From assembly GCA_964435065.1 (NCBI GenBank), contig CAYSXS010000003.1, positions 767-64,766 on the forward strand: 64,000 bases of DNA, in the 5' to 3' direction. Source of the DNA: an uncultured Gammaproteobacteria bacterium. Its GTDB lineage: Bacteria > Patescibacteriota > Patescibacteriia > UBA2196. A model generated the notes under the pieces. That model did no database searches. It saw nothing but the letters and a program-made list of their open reading frames with translations, and was not told the origin of the DNA. Position numbers and translations under genes: made by a program. Shown here piece after piece: positions 49,392 through 59,794 of this stretch (the first letter of the stretch is position 1; each line of letters opens with the position of its first letter).

Positions 49392-50003
49392 ATGAGAAGA
49401 ACATTAACAATTACATTCACGTTAATCCTTGTTATTTTATCGTCAGTTTCACTGGTTTCTGCACAAGATTTTAATGCCTGGAAAACATCCCAAGATTCAA
49501 CCGCCCCCCTAAGTCTGATTGCAATGGCTAAAAAAGCATTTGCAGCCGGTGACTTAACGTGGGCAGCCCGGTATTATAATTTACATCGTTTCATGAGTAC
49601 AAATTATATGAATATGCCAAAATGGAACACAAAAGGTGAAGCTGTAAATGTTGGTGCCAAATTGTCTGACCAATTAACAAAGGTCCAACAAAACGAAACC
49701 GCTATTGATGCATTAATTAATAAGCTGGAAGTTCTGGGTAAATCCACAGAAGTTGACTGGAGACCTACCCCCGGATCAATGAGTTATATCGAACTCATGG
49801 AAAAAACTACCCCAGCGAATGAACTACGCGCTAAACGTGTTGCGAATGGTTCTGACTTAATTTTAACTGTTTACGATTTTGACAACATTGTTGGTGAAGC
49901 AAAGGTGTACGCTGATACATCAAACGCGACATGCATGTCTGCAACAAACGAAACAATTGCCCAAATGAAAACATGGGCAGAGGAAAATTTTAAAAAGAAA
50001 TAA
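49392..50003 (+). CDS. hypothetical secreted protein
   Basis: GGAGG RBS; signal peptide ending ...VSLVSAQD. Confidence 0.5.
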   Translation: MRRTLTITFTLILVILSSVSLVSAQDFNAWKTSQDSTAPLSLIAMAKKAFAAGDLTWAARYYNLHRFMSTNYMNMPKWNTKGEAVNVGAKLSDQLTKVQQNETAIDALINKLEVLGKSTEVDWRPTPGSMSYIELMEKTTPANELRAKRVANGSDLILTVYDFDNIVGEAKVYADTSNATCMSATNETIAQMKTWAEENFKKK

Positions 50004-50043
50004 GCAATTTTTAAAAAATTTCTCGAATTTACAAATTTTCAAA

Positions 50044-50083
50044 CAACCCCTATCACATTCAGTGAAGGGGTTGCTTTATTTTT
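50044..50083 (+). terminator. intrinsic terminator
   Basis: CAACCCCT-loop-AGGGGTTG followed by CTTTATTTTT. Confidence 0.6.
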
Positions 50084-50100
50084 GAGAAAAATAATGAAAA

Positions 50101-53100
50101 TTAAATTTTAGAGAATTTTTTTATAAATCCCTGCAAATCTTTATATATCTTATAATCTCTACCTTTATCTTTTAGCCCTTCTTCTAGAGTATTTGCTAAT
50201 TCATTCTGTTTCAAAAAACGTAACTTTTCAAAAAGCTTAGGTGCATCATTTTCAATTTGTTTATAAATCAACTTATCTTTTATCTCTCCATTTTCAATAT
50301 TCAATACAGCAAATGGTTTATCTGCCTCATCTTTCATTTCAAACATATTGTTTTCACCCTTAATTGGATCTAACTTAACATTTAATTCATGCTCCCCTAT
50401 TTTTGCATGAGCCAATAAACTATCACCTTGCTGTTCTTTTATAGTTATAACAGTATCTGTATCTAGCTTTAAAACCGAACCAACCTCTAAGTTAGCGGCC
50501 CTAACATGTTGTTCTATGTTATTAGCATCAACAACCTCACCTAAAAAAGAAGAATTACCCTTAACTTTTTCTTCGGCAAGTAAATTCATTAAACTATAAT
50601 ATAATGAGTCTCCCCTTTTGATACGAGCATCTACAGGGTTAATCCCATAATCAGGTGCATTCATGGTATCATATGCTCGTTCAAAGGATTGTTTCTGTAT
50701 TTCACCTAGAGGACTTTTTGTAATTTTTTCTATCTCTTGTATAAATTGATTTTTGTTTAACCCTTCAAACACCTTAGCCAATTTTTCTGATTCACTGCTC
50801 GCCAATTTAACAATTTCTGGACCGATTCTGCCCTCAACTCTAATAGTTTTAAGTTCTTCTCCATCAGAAGTTGTTCTTATCCTTTCAGTACGTTTAATAT
50901 CGTCTTCTGTAACTATTTTCTCTGTTGCTCCAGGACGATGTTTAGGAGCCTCTGGAATATCCTCTGGTTGAAATTCTTCTATTTCCTCTGCTGTCATATC
51001 TTCCGGGATGTCCTCTGCTTCAGATTCAATTGATATTACGGGCTTTTCTGGCTTAGGAATTCTATCCATGTCTTCGTTTGATGTAAACTTATTAGAATCT
51101 ACAGCGGTTTCTTCTTCTAAAGCTTTTTCAGCCATTGAGAATATAGCTTTATTTCTAACCTCTAATAATTTATTTATCTTATCTGGTGTAAGTTTAATCC
51201 CCCTACCTGGTTCTGTTATGTAATAAAAATCATTACCATCCTTGCTACGAAATATTTCAAAATTATTTAATTTAACTGTTTCACCGTTAGAAATAAATCC
51301 TTTTAAAGAGCTAATTTTATCTTCAAAAGAGACAACTGGATCAATAAAATCATCAAAAGCCTTCGTGCCTTTATCTAATTGATCAAAATTTTCATTAAGT
51401 TTTGTCTGACTTTCATAAGTTCCGCTTTTATTTTTGATGGTGTTTATTTTTGTTTTGCTTGAGTTTTTTCCATATTCTTCTTCCCAACCATCTTTATTAG
51501 ACGTAATGTTTACAGGCTTTGCTTCACTGTGGCCACTAATTACTGATTGGCCTAGTGTTCCTTTTCCAGCAGACATCCTATCCCACACACCTTTATAGTC
51601 ATCAGGGTTTTGGCCTGTTTCTTTTGCAAACTTTAATAAATCTTCTTCGTTTTTTATTTCTCCATTATGTATTTTTTCTGTAACATCATCAATAAAATTT
51701 CTTTCAGGGACTCCTATATCTCCTCCAGAAATGGCTTCTAAATTACTAGAAGTCTTTTTTTGATCCAAAAGATCTTCTAATGTATTTTCTTGAACAAGTT
51801 TAGGTTTTTGCCCATCTCCAAAATCTATTAAATAATCCGTGGATTTATGTAAATGATGTTGTGGCTTAACATTAAAATACTTTTCAATAGAACCACCTTT
51901 ACCATCTGATATTATCTCCATTCTTGGTTGCCATACTTCATCAGTTGGTATTCCTCTCAAATGGGATTTTGCAAGAAAATCATGAAAAGAATTATTTAAA
52001 TAATCTCCTGATCCATTACTAATACTTTTACGAAGAATATCATCTGACTGTACAATATAACTAGCAAACAATCTAGCCTGTTGAGGACTATTTTCGCCCC
52101 AGCCCTTCGTTGATTCTTTACCAAATTGCTCAAAAGTACGTCTAATAATTCCAAAATCACTTTTGGTTGGTTTTTCAAGTTCTAAGAAATTAACTATTCG
52201 TTCTGTTGGAGAACCTTGTGATATAAGCTTTTCTTTTGTGTCTTCAGCTATGGAGGCTATTACTTTATTATGCGATTTAGATAAATCCTCTAACATCTCT
52301 ATATTATCAACTTGTCCAACCTTTTCCATTCCTATGTTACTTTCCAAATATTTATTAAATGATTTTATAACTCGTCTCTGGTCTGCTTCAGTTTCAGCAG
52401 CTTCATATTGATCTTCAAACTGTATAACACCCCAATCTTTATCTATATATGTAGCCTCATGATCAAACATATCAAGACCTCTCATTTTCATTTCAGGCTC
52501 CTTTATCTCATATTCTACTGGTTTCTTCTCAACTTCAATTGGATCCATTTCATGATCATCCATTCCTTTGGTGCCCATTATTTTCTTTTCTGTTGGGTCA
52601 ACTTCATGAATAGAAAAGCCTTCTTTTGCGTTTCCTTTTAACACATAGGCTACTTCATCTGGTTTTTTAACCCAGGTATCTCCATAATTTTTCATACCTT
52701 CTTTATTAGCAAATTTAGATGCCCAACTCTCTAAATCTCCATCAGTCTTAGCATTATAACCAAACTGATCTGGGTGTTTAGACAGTTGTTGATATAAAGC
52801 ATAAATTACACCCTTACCTTCAGGAACTGTTGCTTCTTCAAATTGTCCTGTATATGTTTCTCCGATTGAATCCCCTACTTCTAGATCCTCTAACGCTTTT
52901 TCTTCAACCTGTCGTTCAACAACTGGGACTACTGGTTTACTTTCTTTCACACCTGCTATTTTATCAACTTTATCTTCAATATCTGTTACTGAAATATTTT
53001 TAAAACTGTCTTCCACGTTTAGTACCTTACTACTATCTTGTATACTATTAAAAAAAGTTTCTTTAAGTTTAATATCAGCCAATTTATCATATTTATCTAT

Positions 53101-55401
53101 TATTGCGATTTTAATTTCAGGAGAAATATTAGCTTTTTGGATAGCCTCATTAAGTTGTACTCTGGCTTTTACAGAATCCGCTTGAGTCCAAGAAACAAGT
53201 TCAATTGGACTTTTATTATTTACATCTTCAATAGAATTCATTCGTGTAGATGGATCAATGGGCCTGTCAAGTTTTATTACTTCTTGATCTATTTCAAGTC
53301 CTTCACCTGATTTAGAGGGGTCCATTATAACAGCTTTATTGTCACTCAAAAATACCTCTAACATTTCTTTGTTCTTACCCATTACCTTTTCCCATCCTTC
53401 TGACATTCCTTCTTTAAAACCACCAAACCCTCTTAATAGGTCCCCAAAATTAGCTTCTCCTTTTATAATGCCTGACTTAAATACATCTTTTAAACCAGCA
53501 AAGCCTTCTTTAAAACCACCCAAAAAGCCTTTTACAATAACCCGCGGTAATCCAATTGCAACAAACCCAGACATAGCAACCCCAGCCATCTTTCTTGCTC
53601 TTTCTTGATTCTTTTGTGAACTTATATGGTCTTCTATTTGATTTTCAGCTTGTGTTCTTTGCTCTCCTGCCCAATCTATAATTGAGGCAAAATTTGTTTC
53701 TACTTCTTCTGCTTGTGCTTCTAACTCTTCATATTTTGTCTTTAGTCTACTTCTAAATTCAGCCTGAACTATTTTATAACTTTCATAACCAGACGTGTCC
53801 TCTATTTTCTTTTCTTGTCCTCTGGCCTGGCCTTCATAATATTCTAATTTTTTAATTAAATCTTTATTTTCAAGTTCCTCGCATTGTTGTTCTAATTGGT
53901 TTATTTTAAGTTCTTTAAACTTAGCTTTTTCTTCTTCTAAATCTTTACCAGCGATATTAAGCAGTTCTTCATTACCACCATCCTTCTTAATATTATCAAG
54001 GTTTTTTCCTTTTTCTTTTAAGATTTCCACCAAACGTATTTCTTCCTTAATTTCATCCATTTTTTCTGTATCACCCGTTCTTTCGGCCTTACTTAATTTC
54101 CATCTCAATTTGGCCATACTAACCATACCTGTATCAAAATCTCCTACGCCAGACATCATCTTTTTTGAACCCATAGCAGTGGCAAGGCCATCTAAACCAT
54201 CATATGTTCCATAACCAGCTCCAACCCCTAATACAGCTTTACGAGTTGCTAATAGACCTAAAGAAATAGGGGCACCAAAACCTGTAAAAGCTGTCATTGC
54301 AGCACCACCAGCTAAAAGAATACTAATTCCAGTCCTATATTTTGTCATACCAAAACCAACACTCGCAGCCATCTTCTTAAGCCAACTACTCTCGTTTTCT
54401 CCTGATTTTATACGTTCCAATTTTTCTCTCCATTTTCTGCCTTTTAGAAACAAATCAAGTAAAGAACCTTTGTTGGACCAATCAACAAATCTTCTAAAAA
54501 CATTTTTATTCTGTTCACCTTGTTCGCCCTGAAACTCAGCTAATTTTTTAGTAATAATTCTGTCTTCATAAGCTAAAGTTTTTTCTAAAAAATTAGCTCT
54601 TTTTTCAACACCCCCTTTAAAAGACTCTTTTTCTAATGTTGTTCTAATAAACTCCTGATAAGCTACATCATATTCTTCTTTAGCTTCTACAATACCCTCC
54701 TTATCCTTCACCCCTCGAGCATCTATGAGTTTCTGTCTGGCATCTCTTAAGATCCTTGCAGCTAAGGCCTGATCTGATCTTTCATTCTCACCCAAAACTT
54801 CATTAATATCTTTTCCATCTTTTGCCTCAAAAAAAACTTTTTGTTTTTTAGCTCTATTAATTAAATATCTTTCAGCATCCTCTTTTGAAAAATATTGCCG
54901 AATATTGACCAAATCAATTACTAATTCTTTTAAATCACGATCTACTTCCTTTAAAACTTTTTTATCTTCCTTTGTCTTTTCGGTTTTTTTATCTAATTCA
55001 TCCTTCTGTTTATATTTCTCAACAAACTCTTCTACAACCAAAGATATTTTTCCTAATTCTAAATCAGCTTCAGGCGCATCTCCACCAAAACTCATTGTTT
55101 CGTGTATTAATACTTCCCTACCTTTATCAGGCATATCAGGCCCCACAGAACCTTGTTCTTCCAAAATTTTAGATATTTTCCTTGCTTCTCCAAGCTTAAC
55201 GTCAAAATTATCCATTATCCATCTATTGTTAATAATGGCGGTTGGATTTTTTCTTAAGTATCCTTCTACTTCCAGTGCAAACTGTTCTTCCAATGTTTTC
55301 TCTGCCTCATTCAATTCATTCTCAAAGTCATTGGGAGCATTAAAAGCTTTTTTAAATAAACTCTCCATATATTTATCCTTTATTTTGTTTAAATTTGGCA
55401 A
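50101..55401 (-). CDS. giant (1766 aa) K/E-rich coiled-coil protein with internal TM/glycine-zipper segments; function unknown
   Basis: Single uninterrupted ORF; low-complexity charged regions plus two hydrophobic Gly-rich blocks at about aa 350-430 and aa 600-650. Confidence 0.6.
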   Translation of the reverse strand: MPNLNKIKDKYMESLFKKAFNAPNDFENELNEAEKTLEEQFALEVEGYLRKNPTAIINNRWIMDNFDVKLGEARKISKILEEQGSVGPDMPDKGREVLIHETMSFGGDAPEADLELGKISLVVEEFVEKYKQKDELDKKTEKTKEDKKVLKEVDRDLKELVIDLVNIRQYFSKEDAERYLINRAKKQKVFFEAKDGKDINEVLGENERSDQALAARILRDARQKLIDARGVKDKEGIVEAKEEYDVAYQEFIRTTLEKESFKGGVEKRANFLEKTLAYEDRIITKKLAEFQGEQGEQNKNVFRRFVDWSNKGSLLDLFLKGRKWREKLERIKSGENESSWLKKMAASVGFGMTKYRTGISILLAGGAAMTAFTGFGAPISLGLLATRKAVLGVGAGYGTYDGLDGLATAMGSKKMMSGVGDFDTGMVSMAKLRWKLSKAERTGDTEKMDEIKEEIRLVEILKEKGKNLDNIKKDGGNEELLNIAGKDLEEEKAKFKELKINQLEQQCEELENKDLIKKLEYYEGQARGQEKKIEDTSGYESYKIVQAEFRSRLKTKYEELEAQAEEVETNFASIIDWAGEQRTQAENQIEDHISSQKNQERARKMAGVAMSGFVAIGLPRVIVKGFLGGFKEGFAGLKDVFKSGIIKGEANFGDLLRGFGGFKEGMSEGWEKVMGKNKEMLEVFLSDNKAVIMDPSKSGEGLEIDQEVIKLDRPIDPSTRMNSIEDVNNKSPIELVSWTQADSVKARVQLNEAIQKANISPEIKIAIIDKYDKLADIKLKETFFNSIQDSSKVLNVEDSFKNISVTDIEDKVDKIAGVKESKPVVPVVERQVEEKALEDLEVGDSIGETYTGQFEEATVPEGKGVIYALYQQLSKHPDQFGYNAKTDGDLESWASKFANKEGMKNYGDTWVKKPDEVAYVLKGNAKEGFSIHEVDPTEKKIMGTKGMDDHEMDPIEVEKKPVEYEIKEPEMKMRGLDMFDHEATYIDKDWGVIQFEDQYEAAETEADQRRVIKSFNKYLESNIGMEKVGQVDNIEMLEDLSKSHNKVIASIAEDTKEKLISQGSPTERIVNFLELEKPTKSDFGIIRRTFEQFGKESTKGWGENSPQQARLFASYIVQSDDILRKSISNGSGDYLNNSFHDFLAKSHLRGIPTDEVWQPRMEIISDGKGGSIEKYFNVKPQHHLHKSTDYLIDFGDGQKPKLVQENTLEDLLDQKKTSSNLEAISGGDIGVPERNFIDDVTEKIHNGEIKNEEDLLKFAKETGQNPDDYKGVWDRMSAGKGTLGQSVISGHSEAKPVNITSNKDGWEEEYGKNSSKTKINTIKNKSGTYESQTKLNENFDQLDKGTKAFDDFIDPVVSFEDKISSLKGFISNGETVKLNNFEIFRSKDGNDFYYITEPGRGIKLTPDKINKLLEVRNKAIFSMAEKALEEETAVDSNKFTSNEDMDRIPKPEKPVISIESEAEDIPEDMTAEEIEEFQPEDIPEAPKHRPGATEKIVTEDDIKRTERIRTTSDGEELKTIRVEGRIGPEIVKLASSESEKLAKVFEGLNKNQFIQEIEKITKSPLGEIQKQSFERAYDTMNAPDYGINPVDARIKRGDSLYYSLMNLLAEEKVKGNSSFLGEVVDANNIEQHVRAANLEVGSVLKLDTDTVITIKEQQGDSLLAHAKIGEHELNVKLDPIKGENNMFEMKDEADKPFAVLNIENGEIKDKLIYKQIENDAPKLFEKLRFLKQNELANTLEEGLKDKGRDYKIYKDLQGFIKKFSKI

Positions 55402-55681
55402 TAAGATCTTCTTTTAACTTTACCACCTCTTCTTGAACTATTTCCAAAAAATTAGGAAAAACCTTTCCTAAGAAATCAGAAACTTTTTCTGGATCATTTT
55501 CCAGAATGTCTTCAAACTCATCTTTGTGAGAATCTTCCATTTGATCTATAAGGCGAAGAGTCAATCTTTTTTGTACAACTTCACTCATATTTTCAATTAA
55601 GGCCATTTTTTTATCATCATCTAGAGCTTGTAAATTTAGCTCATCAATGATGTTTTGTTGTAGAACTTGTTTGTTGATCAT
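55373..55681 (-). CDS. hypothetical acidic 102-aa protein, translationally coupled to the giant gene
   Basis: Its 3' end overlaps the giant ORF start by 29 nt. Confidence 0.4.
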   Translation of the reverse strand: MINKQVLQQNIIDELNLQALDDDKKMALIENMSEVVQKRLTLRLIDQMEDSHKDEFEDILENDPEKVSDFLGKVFPNFLEIVQEEVVKLKEDLIAKFKQNKG

Positions 55682-55726
55682 ATGCTTATATATATTTATT
55701 ATTAATTTATATCTAAATTATATCAT

Positions 55727-55752
55727 AAATTAAAAAATTCCTGAAAAAACAG
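55727..55752 (-). terminator. intrinsic terminator downstream of map
   Basis: AATTCCTG-loop-CAGGAATT followed by a T-run on the minus strand. Confidence 0.5.
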
Positions 55753-55760
55753 GAATTCTT

Positions 55761-56519
55761 TTATTCTTTAGTTAAAATCTCGCCTCCTTTATCAGTAATT
55801 AGAATCGTATGCTCAAAGTGTGCTGCTAAAGATTTGTCTACTGTAGCATATGCTTGATTATCTTTTCTAAACTCTAACTGCCACCCTCCTTCTGTAACCA
55901 TTGGCTCTATGGCCAAAGTCATGCCAGACTTTAAAATTGGACCCGTACCAGCTAATCCATAATTAGGAACTTGTGGGTCTTCGTGTAGTTTCTTTCCTAC
56001 CCCATGTCCAACTAAATCTCTAACTACATTAAAACCATTCTTCTCAACATACTTCTGAACTTCAGAAGACATATCTCCTAGATGAATACCTGGTTTAATT
56101 TTACTAATAGCTAGTTCTAAAGATTTTTTAGTTACACTAACTAACTTTTCAACTTTCTTAGAAACTTTTCCTACCTTAACAGTTGTAGCCATATCAACAA
56201 CCATTCCTCCTTTACTGGGCAATCTCATACCTACATCTATACTAAAAATATCTCCGTCCTTTAATTTACGATCAGGGATAGCTGCTGCATGCACAACCTC
56301 TTCATTTATACATGTACACAACGTTGTTGTAAAACCTTGATAACCTTTAAAAATTGGAAAACCTCCAATTTTACGTATCTCTTTTTCGGCTAATTGATCT
56401 AATTCTTTAGTACCAACTCCAACTTTAACTTTTTTAACAACCAAATTCAAAATCCTAGCTAAATTCTTTCCAGCTTTTCTCATTAATTGTATTTCTTTTT
56501 CAGTCTTAATTGGAATCAT
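55761..56519 (-). CDS. map: methionine aminopeptidase, type I
   Basis: Pita-bread fold with metal ligands in conserved positions (D..D..H..E..E). Confidence 0.9.
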   Translation of the reverse strand: MIPIKTEKEIQLMRKAGKNLARILNLVVKKVKVGVGTKELDQLAEKEIRKIGGFPIFKGYQGFTTTLCTCINEEVVHAAAIPDRKLKDGDIFSIDVGMRLPSKGGMVVDMATTVKVGKVSKKVEKLVSVTKKSLELAISKIKPGIHLGDMSSEVQKYVEKNGFNVVRDLVGHGVGKKLHEDPQVPNYGLAGTGPILKSGMTLAIEPMVTEGGWQLEFRKDNQAYATVDKSLAAHFEHTILITDKGGEILTKE

Positions 56520-57167
56520 TTATATACCTAATTTACTAAATATTTCTTTTCTAACATCTTCAATGCTTTGTTCTCCATTGATTTTAATTAAAATTCCTTG
56601 AGAGTTATAGTAATCGGATAAAGGTTCTGTTTCTGTATAATATGCTTTTAAGCGCTCCTTTAAAACCTCTGGTTTATCATCTGAACGAATAATTAATTCT
56701 TTATTACACTTATCACATACTCCCTCTTCTTTCGGTGGTTTAAATTTAATATGGTAAGCAATATTACAATTTTGACAATACCTTCTACCACCTAAACGAT
56801 CCATAACTTCTTGATCTGAAACTTCTAATTCTAATACATGAGTTAATTTAGTAATATTATCTAAAAACTCTGCTTGTGTTTTTCTGCGTGGAAAACTTTC
56901 TGATATAAAACGAGAATTAAATTCAGGATCATTTAATTTTTCTTTGATTAGTTCGAACACAATATCATCATCAACAATAACACCAGAATCCATTTGTCCT
57001 TTTGTGCGTTCCCCTCTTGGTGTGGTTTTTTTCATTTCTTCGCGCAACAGCTGTCCTGTTGAAAGAGTTGGTAAGTTTAACTCATCAACCAAAAAATCTA
57101 CCTGTGTCCCTTTTCCTGAAGCAGGAGGACCAAATACTAACATCTTGTATTGTTTTTCTTCTGACAT
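56520..57167 (-). CDS. adk: adenylate kinase with a zinc-binding lid
   Basis: P-loop GPPASGKGTQ; lid CQNC...CDKC. Confidence 0.9.
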   Translation of the reverse strand: MSEEKQYKMLVFGPPASGKGTQVDFLVDELNLPTLSTGQLLREEMKKTTPRGERTKGQMDSGVIVDDDIVFELIKEKLNDPEFNSRFISESFPRRKTQAEFLDNITKLTHVLELEVSDQEVMDRLGGRRYCQNCNIAYHIKFKPPKEEGVCDKCNKELIIRSDDKPEVLKERLKAYYTETEPLSDYYNSQGILIKINGEQSIEDVRKEIFSKLGI

Positions 57168-57278
57168 AAATATATGTTTAATTACTGCCTTCAGTTTAAC
57201 ATAAAGAAAAATATTTTTCTAATTCAAAAAACAACCCAAACTAATAGATTGCCTATACTAAAAACTATACAAAATACA

Positions 57279-57623
57279 TCAAACCCTGATATCTTTAATC
57301 TGCTTTTTCAACTCCGGAATATCGTCCTGAATTGTATACCATAGAACATCCCAATCAATACCAAAATATTCATGGATTACCTTATTTCTCATTCCAATAA
57401 CTTCCCTCCAAGGAATACCTTTATATTTATCTTTGAAACTTTTCGATAATTGACTAGCAGCTTCACCTATTATCTCTAAATTTCTAACCACTGCATCGAT
57501 TGTTTTTTCATCACTTTCAAAAACTTTTTTAGAAATCTCTTTTGTATATTTCTCTATCTTATTAATCGATCCTTTGATATCGTCGATATATAATTTGGGG
57601 GTTCTTTTAGACATAAATAACAT
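57279..57623 (-). CDS. hepT: HepT-like (DUF86) toxin, second copy
   Basis: RNKVIHEY (Rx4HxY) motif. Confidence 0.7.
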   Translation of the reverse strand: MLFMSKRTPKLYIDDIKGSINKIEKYTKEISKKVFESDEKTIDAVVRNLEIIGEAASQLSKSFKDKYKGIPWREVIGMRNKVIHEYFGIDWDVLWYTIQDDIPELKKQIKDIRV

Positions 57624-57915
57624 CTTTTAAAACCTGCTGTTTCATAACAGGCTTTAAAGCTTTTTTAGTGACCAAATCAACTTTGCGTCTCAATTTTTTA
57701 CTCAATTTATCCTCCAGTCGAATAAATTTAAAAAAACCGATTGATTTACTTTTATCAAATTCAACCAAAATGTCAATATCACTTTTTTTTGTTTGTTTAC
57801 CTTTAGCAAATGAACCAAAAATACCGATTTTTTTTACACCAAAGTCCGCCAATACGCCACCTTGGTTTTTCTTTAAAATCTCTAATTTGTCTTTTAATTC
57901 TTTACTCATATACAT
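57607..57915 (-). CDS. mntA: MntA-like nucleotidyltransferase antitoxin, second copy
   Basis: GIFGSFAKGKQTKKSDIDILVEF; 17-nt overlap with hepT. Confidence 0.7.
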   Translation of the reverse strand: MYMSKELKDKLEILKKNQGGVLADFGVKKIGIFGSFAKGKQTKKSDIDILVEFDKSKSIGFFKFIRLEDKLSKKLRRKVDLVTKKALKPVMKQQVLKDVIYV

Positions 57916-57937
57916 CTAGTATATCACAAAAAGACCA

Positions 57938-57962
57938 AAAACACAAAACGCTCCTAAAAGGA
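57938..57962 (-). terminator. intrinsic terminator after secY
   Basis: AAACGCTCC-TTTTA-GGAGCGTTT followed by a T-rich tract on the minus strand. Confidence 0.5.
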
Positions 57963-57989
57963 GCGTTTATTCTCTAAAATATATATCTA

Positions 57990-59285
57990 TTATAAATGTT
58001 CATAATCTCTCATAACCAACTGAGAATCAATCTGTCTAACAGTTTCAAGAACAACTGATACAACGATCAATAATGAAGCTCCAGATAAAGCAACATTTGC
58101 AACACTTTGACTGCCTTGGAATATGAACGAGATGATTAGAGGTAAAATAGCGATCAAAGCTAGAGATAAAGCACCTGCTAACATAATCCTATTTGAAACC
58201 TTAGCTAAATATTCTGCTGTTTGTCTTCCTGGTCTCATACCTGGAACAAAACCGCCTTGTTTCTGAAGATTATCTGCGATTTGTTGAGGATGAAAAATGA
58301 CAGCAGTATAGAAATATGTAAAACCAAATACTAATATAAAATATGTTAACCCATACAATATGCTTTGTGGATTAAAGTTATCTACCAAAAATTGAGCAAT
58401 TGCTCGTAAAAATCCTGAATCAGAATTCACAAAAAATTGACCAATAATCGGAGGCAACATTACTATTGAAATAGCGAAAATGATTGGAATCATTCCTGCT
58501 TGATTAACCCTCAAAGGTAAATGAGTTTCAAAACCACCATACATCTTATTCCCTCTCACCCGCTTTGCATACGATACCGGAATATGCCGCTGTCCTTCTG
58601 TGACAATAACAATACCTGCTACTGTTAGGATAATAATAGCTAGGAAACCAATTAAGAAAGGCAATTCTGTTGTTGAAAAATTAACAAATACATTACGTAA
58701 TGCACCAGGAATTCCAGCCACAATACCAGCAAAAATGATTAAAGAAACACCATTACCAACTTTCTTTTCTGAAATTAACTCACCAATCCACATTAAGAAT
58801 ATTGTACCAGAAGCTAAGATGGCTATAGTTGTAGCATACTGTATATTTGTAAGATCACCAATAACACCAGCTCCAGATTGCTGTAATAACTTAATCATTG
58901 CAAAGCCTTGTAAAATAGCTAAAGGAACTGTTAATAGTCTAGTATATTGACTTATCTTCTTAGTACCAGATTCCCCTTCTTTAGAAAGCTCTTCTAAAGC
59001 AGGTACAATCATAGTTAATAACTGCATGATAATAGAGGAAGTAATATATGGACCAACACCAAGAGCAACTAATGAAAAGTTCTGCATTGCACCACCAGAA
59101 AATATATTCAAAAACCCTAAGATAGATGAAGATGAAAACAAATCCTGTAAAGCCTTAACATCTACTCCAGGAACTGGAATATGTGCTGTAATTCTGAAAA
59201 TGATAAGCAAACCTAAAACATATAGAATAGATTTTCTTAAATCATGATCTTTCCAAATTTGATATATTTTTCCTACAAATTTCAT
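57990..59285 (-). CDS. secY: preprotein translocase subunit SecY
   Basis: 10 TM helices; conserved SecY segments. Confidence 0.9.
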   Translation of the reverse strand: MKFVGKIYQIWKDHDLRKSILYVLGLLIIFRITAHIPVPGVDVKALQDLFSSSSILGFLNIFSGGAMQNFSLVALGVGPYITSSIIMQLLTMIVPALEELSKEGESGTKKISQYTRLLTVPLAILQGFAMIKLLQQSGAGVIGDLTNIQYATTIAILASGTIFLMWIGELISEKKVGNGVSLIIFAGIVAGIPGALRNVFVNFSTTELPFLIGFLAIIILTVAGIVIVTEGQRHIPVSYAKRVRGNKMYGGFETHLPLRVNQAGMIPIIFAISIVMLPPIIGQFFVNSDSGFLRAIAQFLVDNFNPQSILYGLTYFILVFGFTYFYTAVIFHPQQIADNLQKQGGFVPGMRPGRQTAEYLAKVSNRIMLAGALSLALIAILPLIISFIFQGSQSVANVALSGASLLIVVSVVLETVRQIDSQLVMRDYEHL

Positions 59286-59294
59286 TTTGTATGA

Positions 59295-59789
59295 TTATTT
59301 TTTATCTTCTTGTTTAGGTTCAGTTTTTTCTTCTTTAACCTCTTTAACTTTCTTTTCCTCTTTTATTGTACCGCCAACTTTTTCGATTTTCTCTTTAGCT
59401 GTTTTTGAAACAGTACAATCCTCTATTTGTAATTTTACCTTAATTTCACCATTTCCCAAAATCTTAACACCTCTTTCAATTTTATCTACTAAACCTTTTT
59501 CTTTTAATATTTTTGGTGATATTTTATCATTATCTTTAAATTTTTCATTCAAAATATCTAAATTCAAAATATCTGGTTTTGCATTACGTGATTTAAAACC
59601 TCTTACTTTATGGGTTTGTTCAATAAGCTGTCTCATACCAAGACGTTTCAAACCTGAAACACCTGAACGAGATTTCTGTCCCTTCATACCTTTACCACTA
59701 TATGAGCCTCGTTTACCGCCACGACCAATTTGTTTCTTATTTTTCGTACTGCCTTTAGTGGGATGAATTGTGTGTAATGATAATGTCAT
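59295..59789 (-). CDS. rplO: 50S ribosomal protein L15 with a K/E-rich C-terminal extension
   Basis: IGRGGKRGSYSGKGMKGQKSRSG. Confidence 0.85.
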   Translation of the reverse strand: MTLSLHTIHPTKGSTKNKKQIGRGGKRGSYSGKGMKGQKSRSGVSGLKRLGMRQLIEQTHKVRGFKSRNAKPDILNLDILNEKFKDNDKISPKILKEKGLVDKIERGVKILGNGEIKVKLQIEDCTVSKTAKEKIEKVGGTIKEEKKVKEVKEEKTEPKQEDKK

Positions 59790-59794
59790 ATTTT

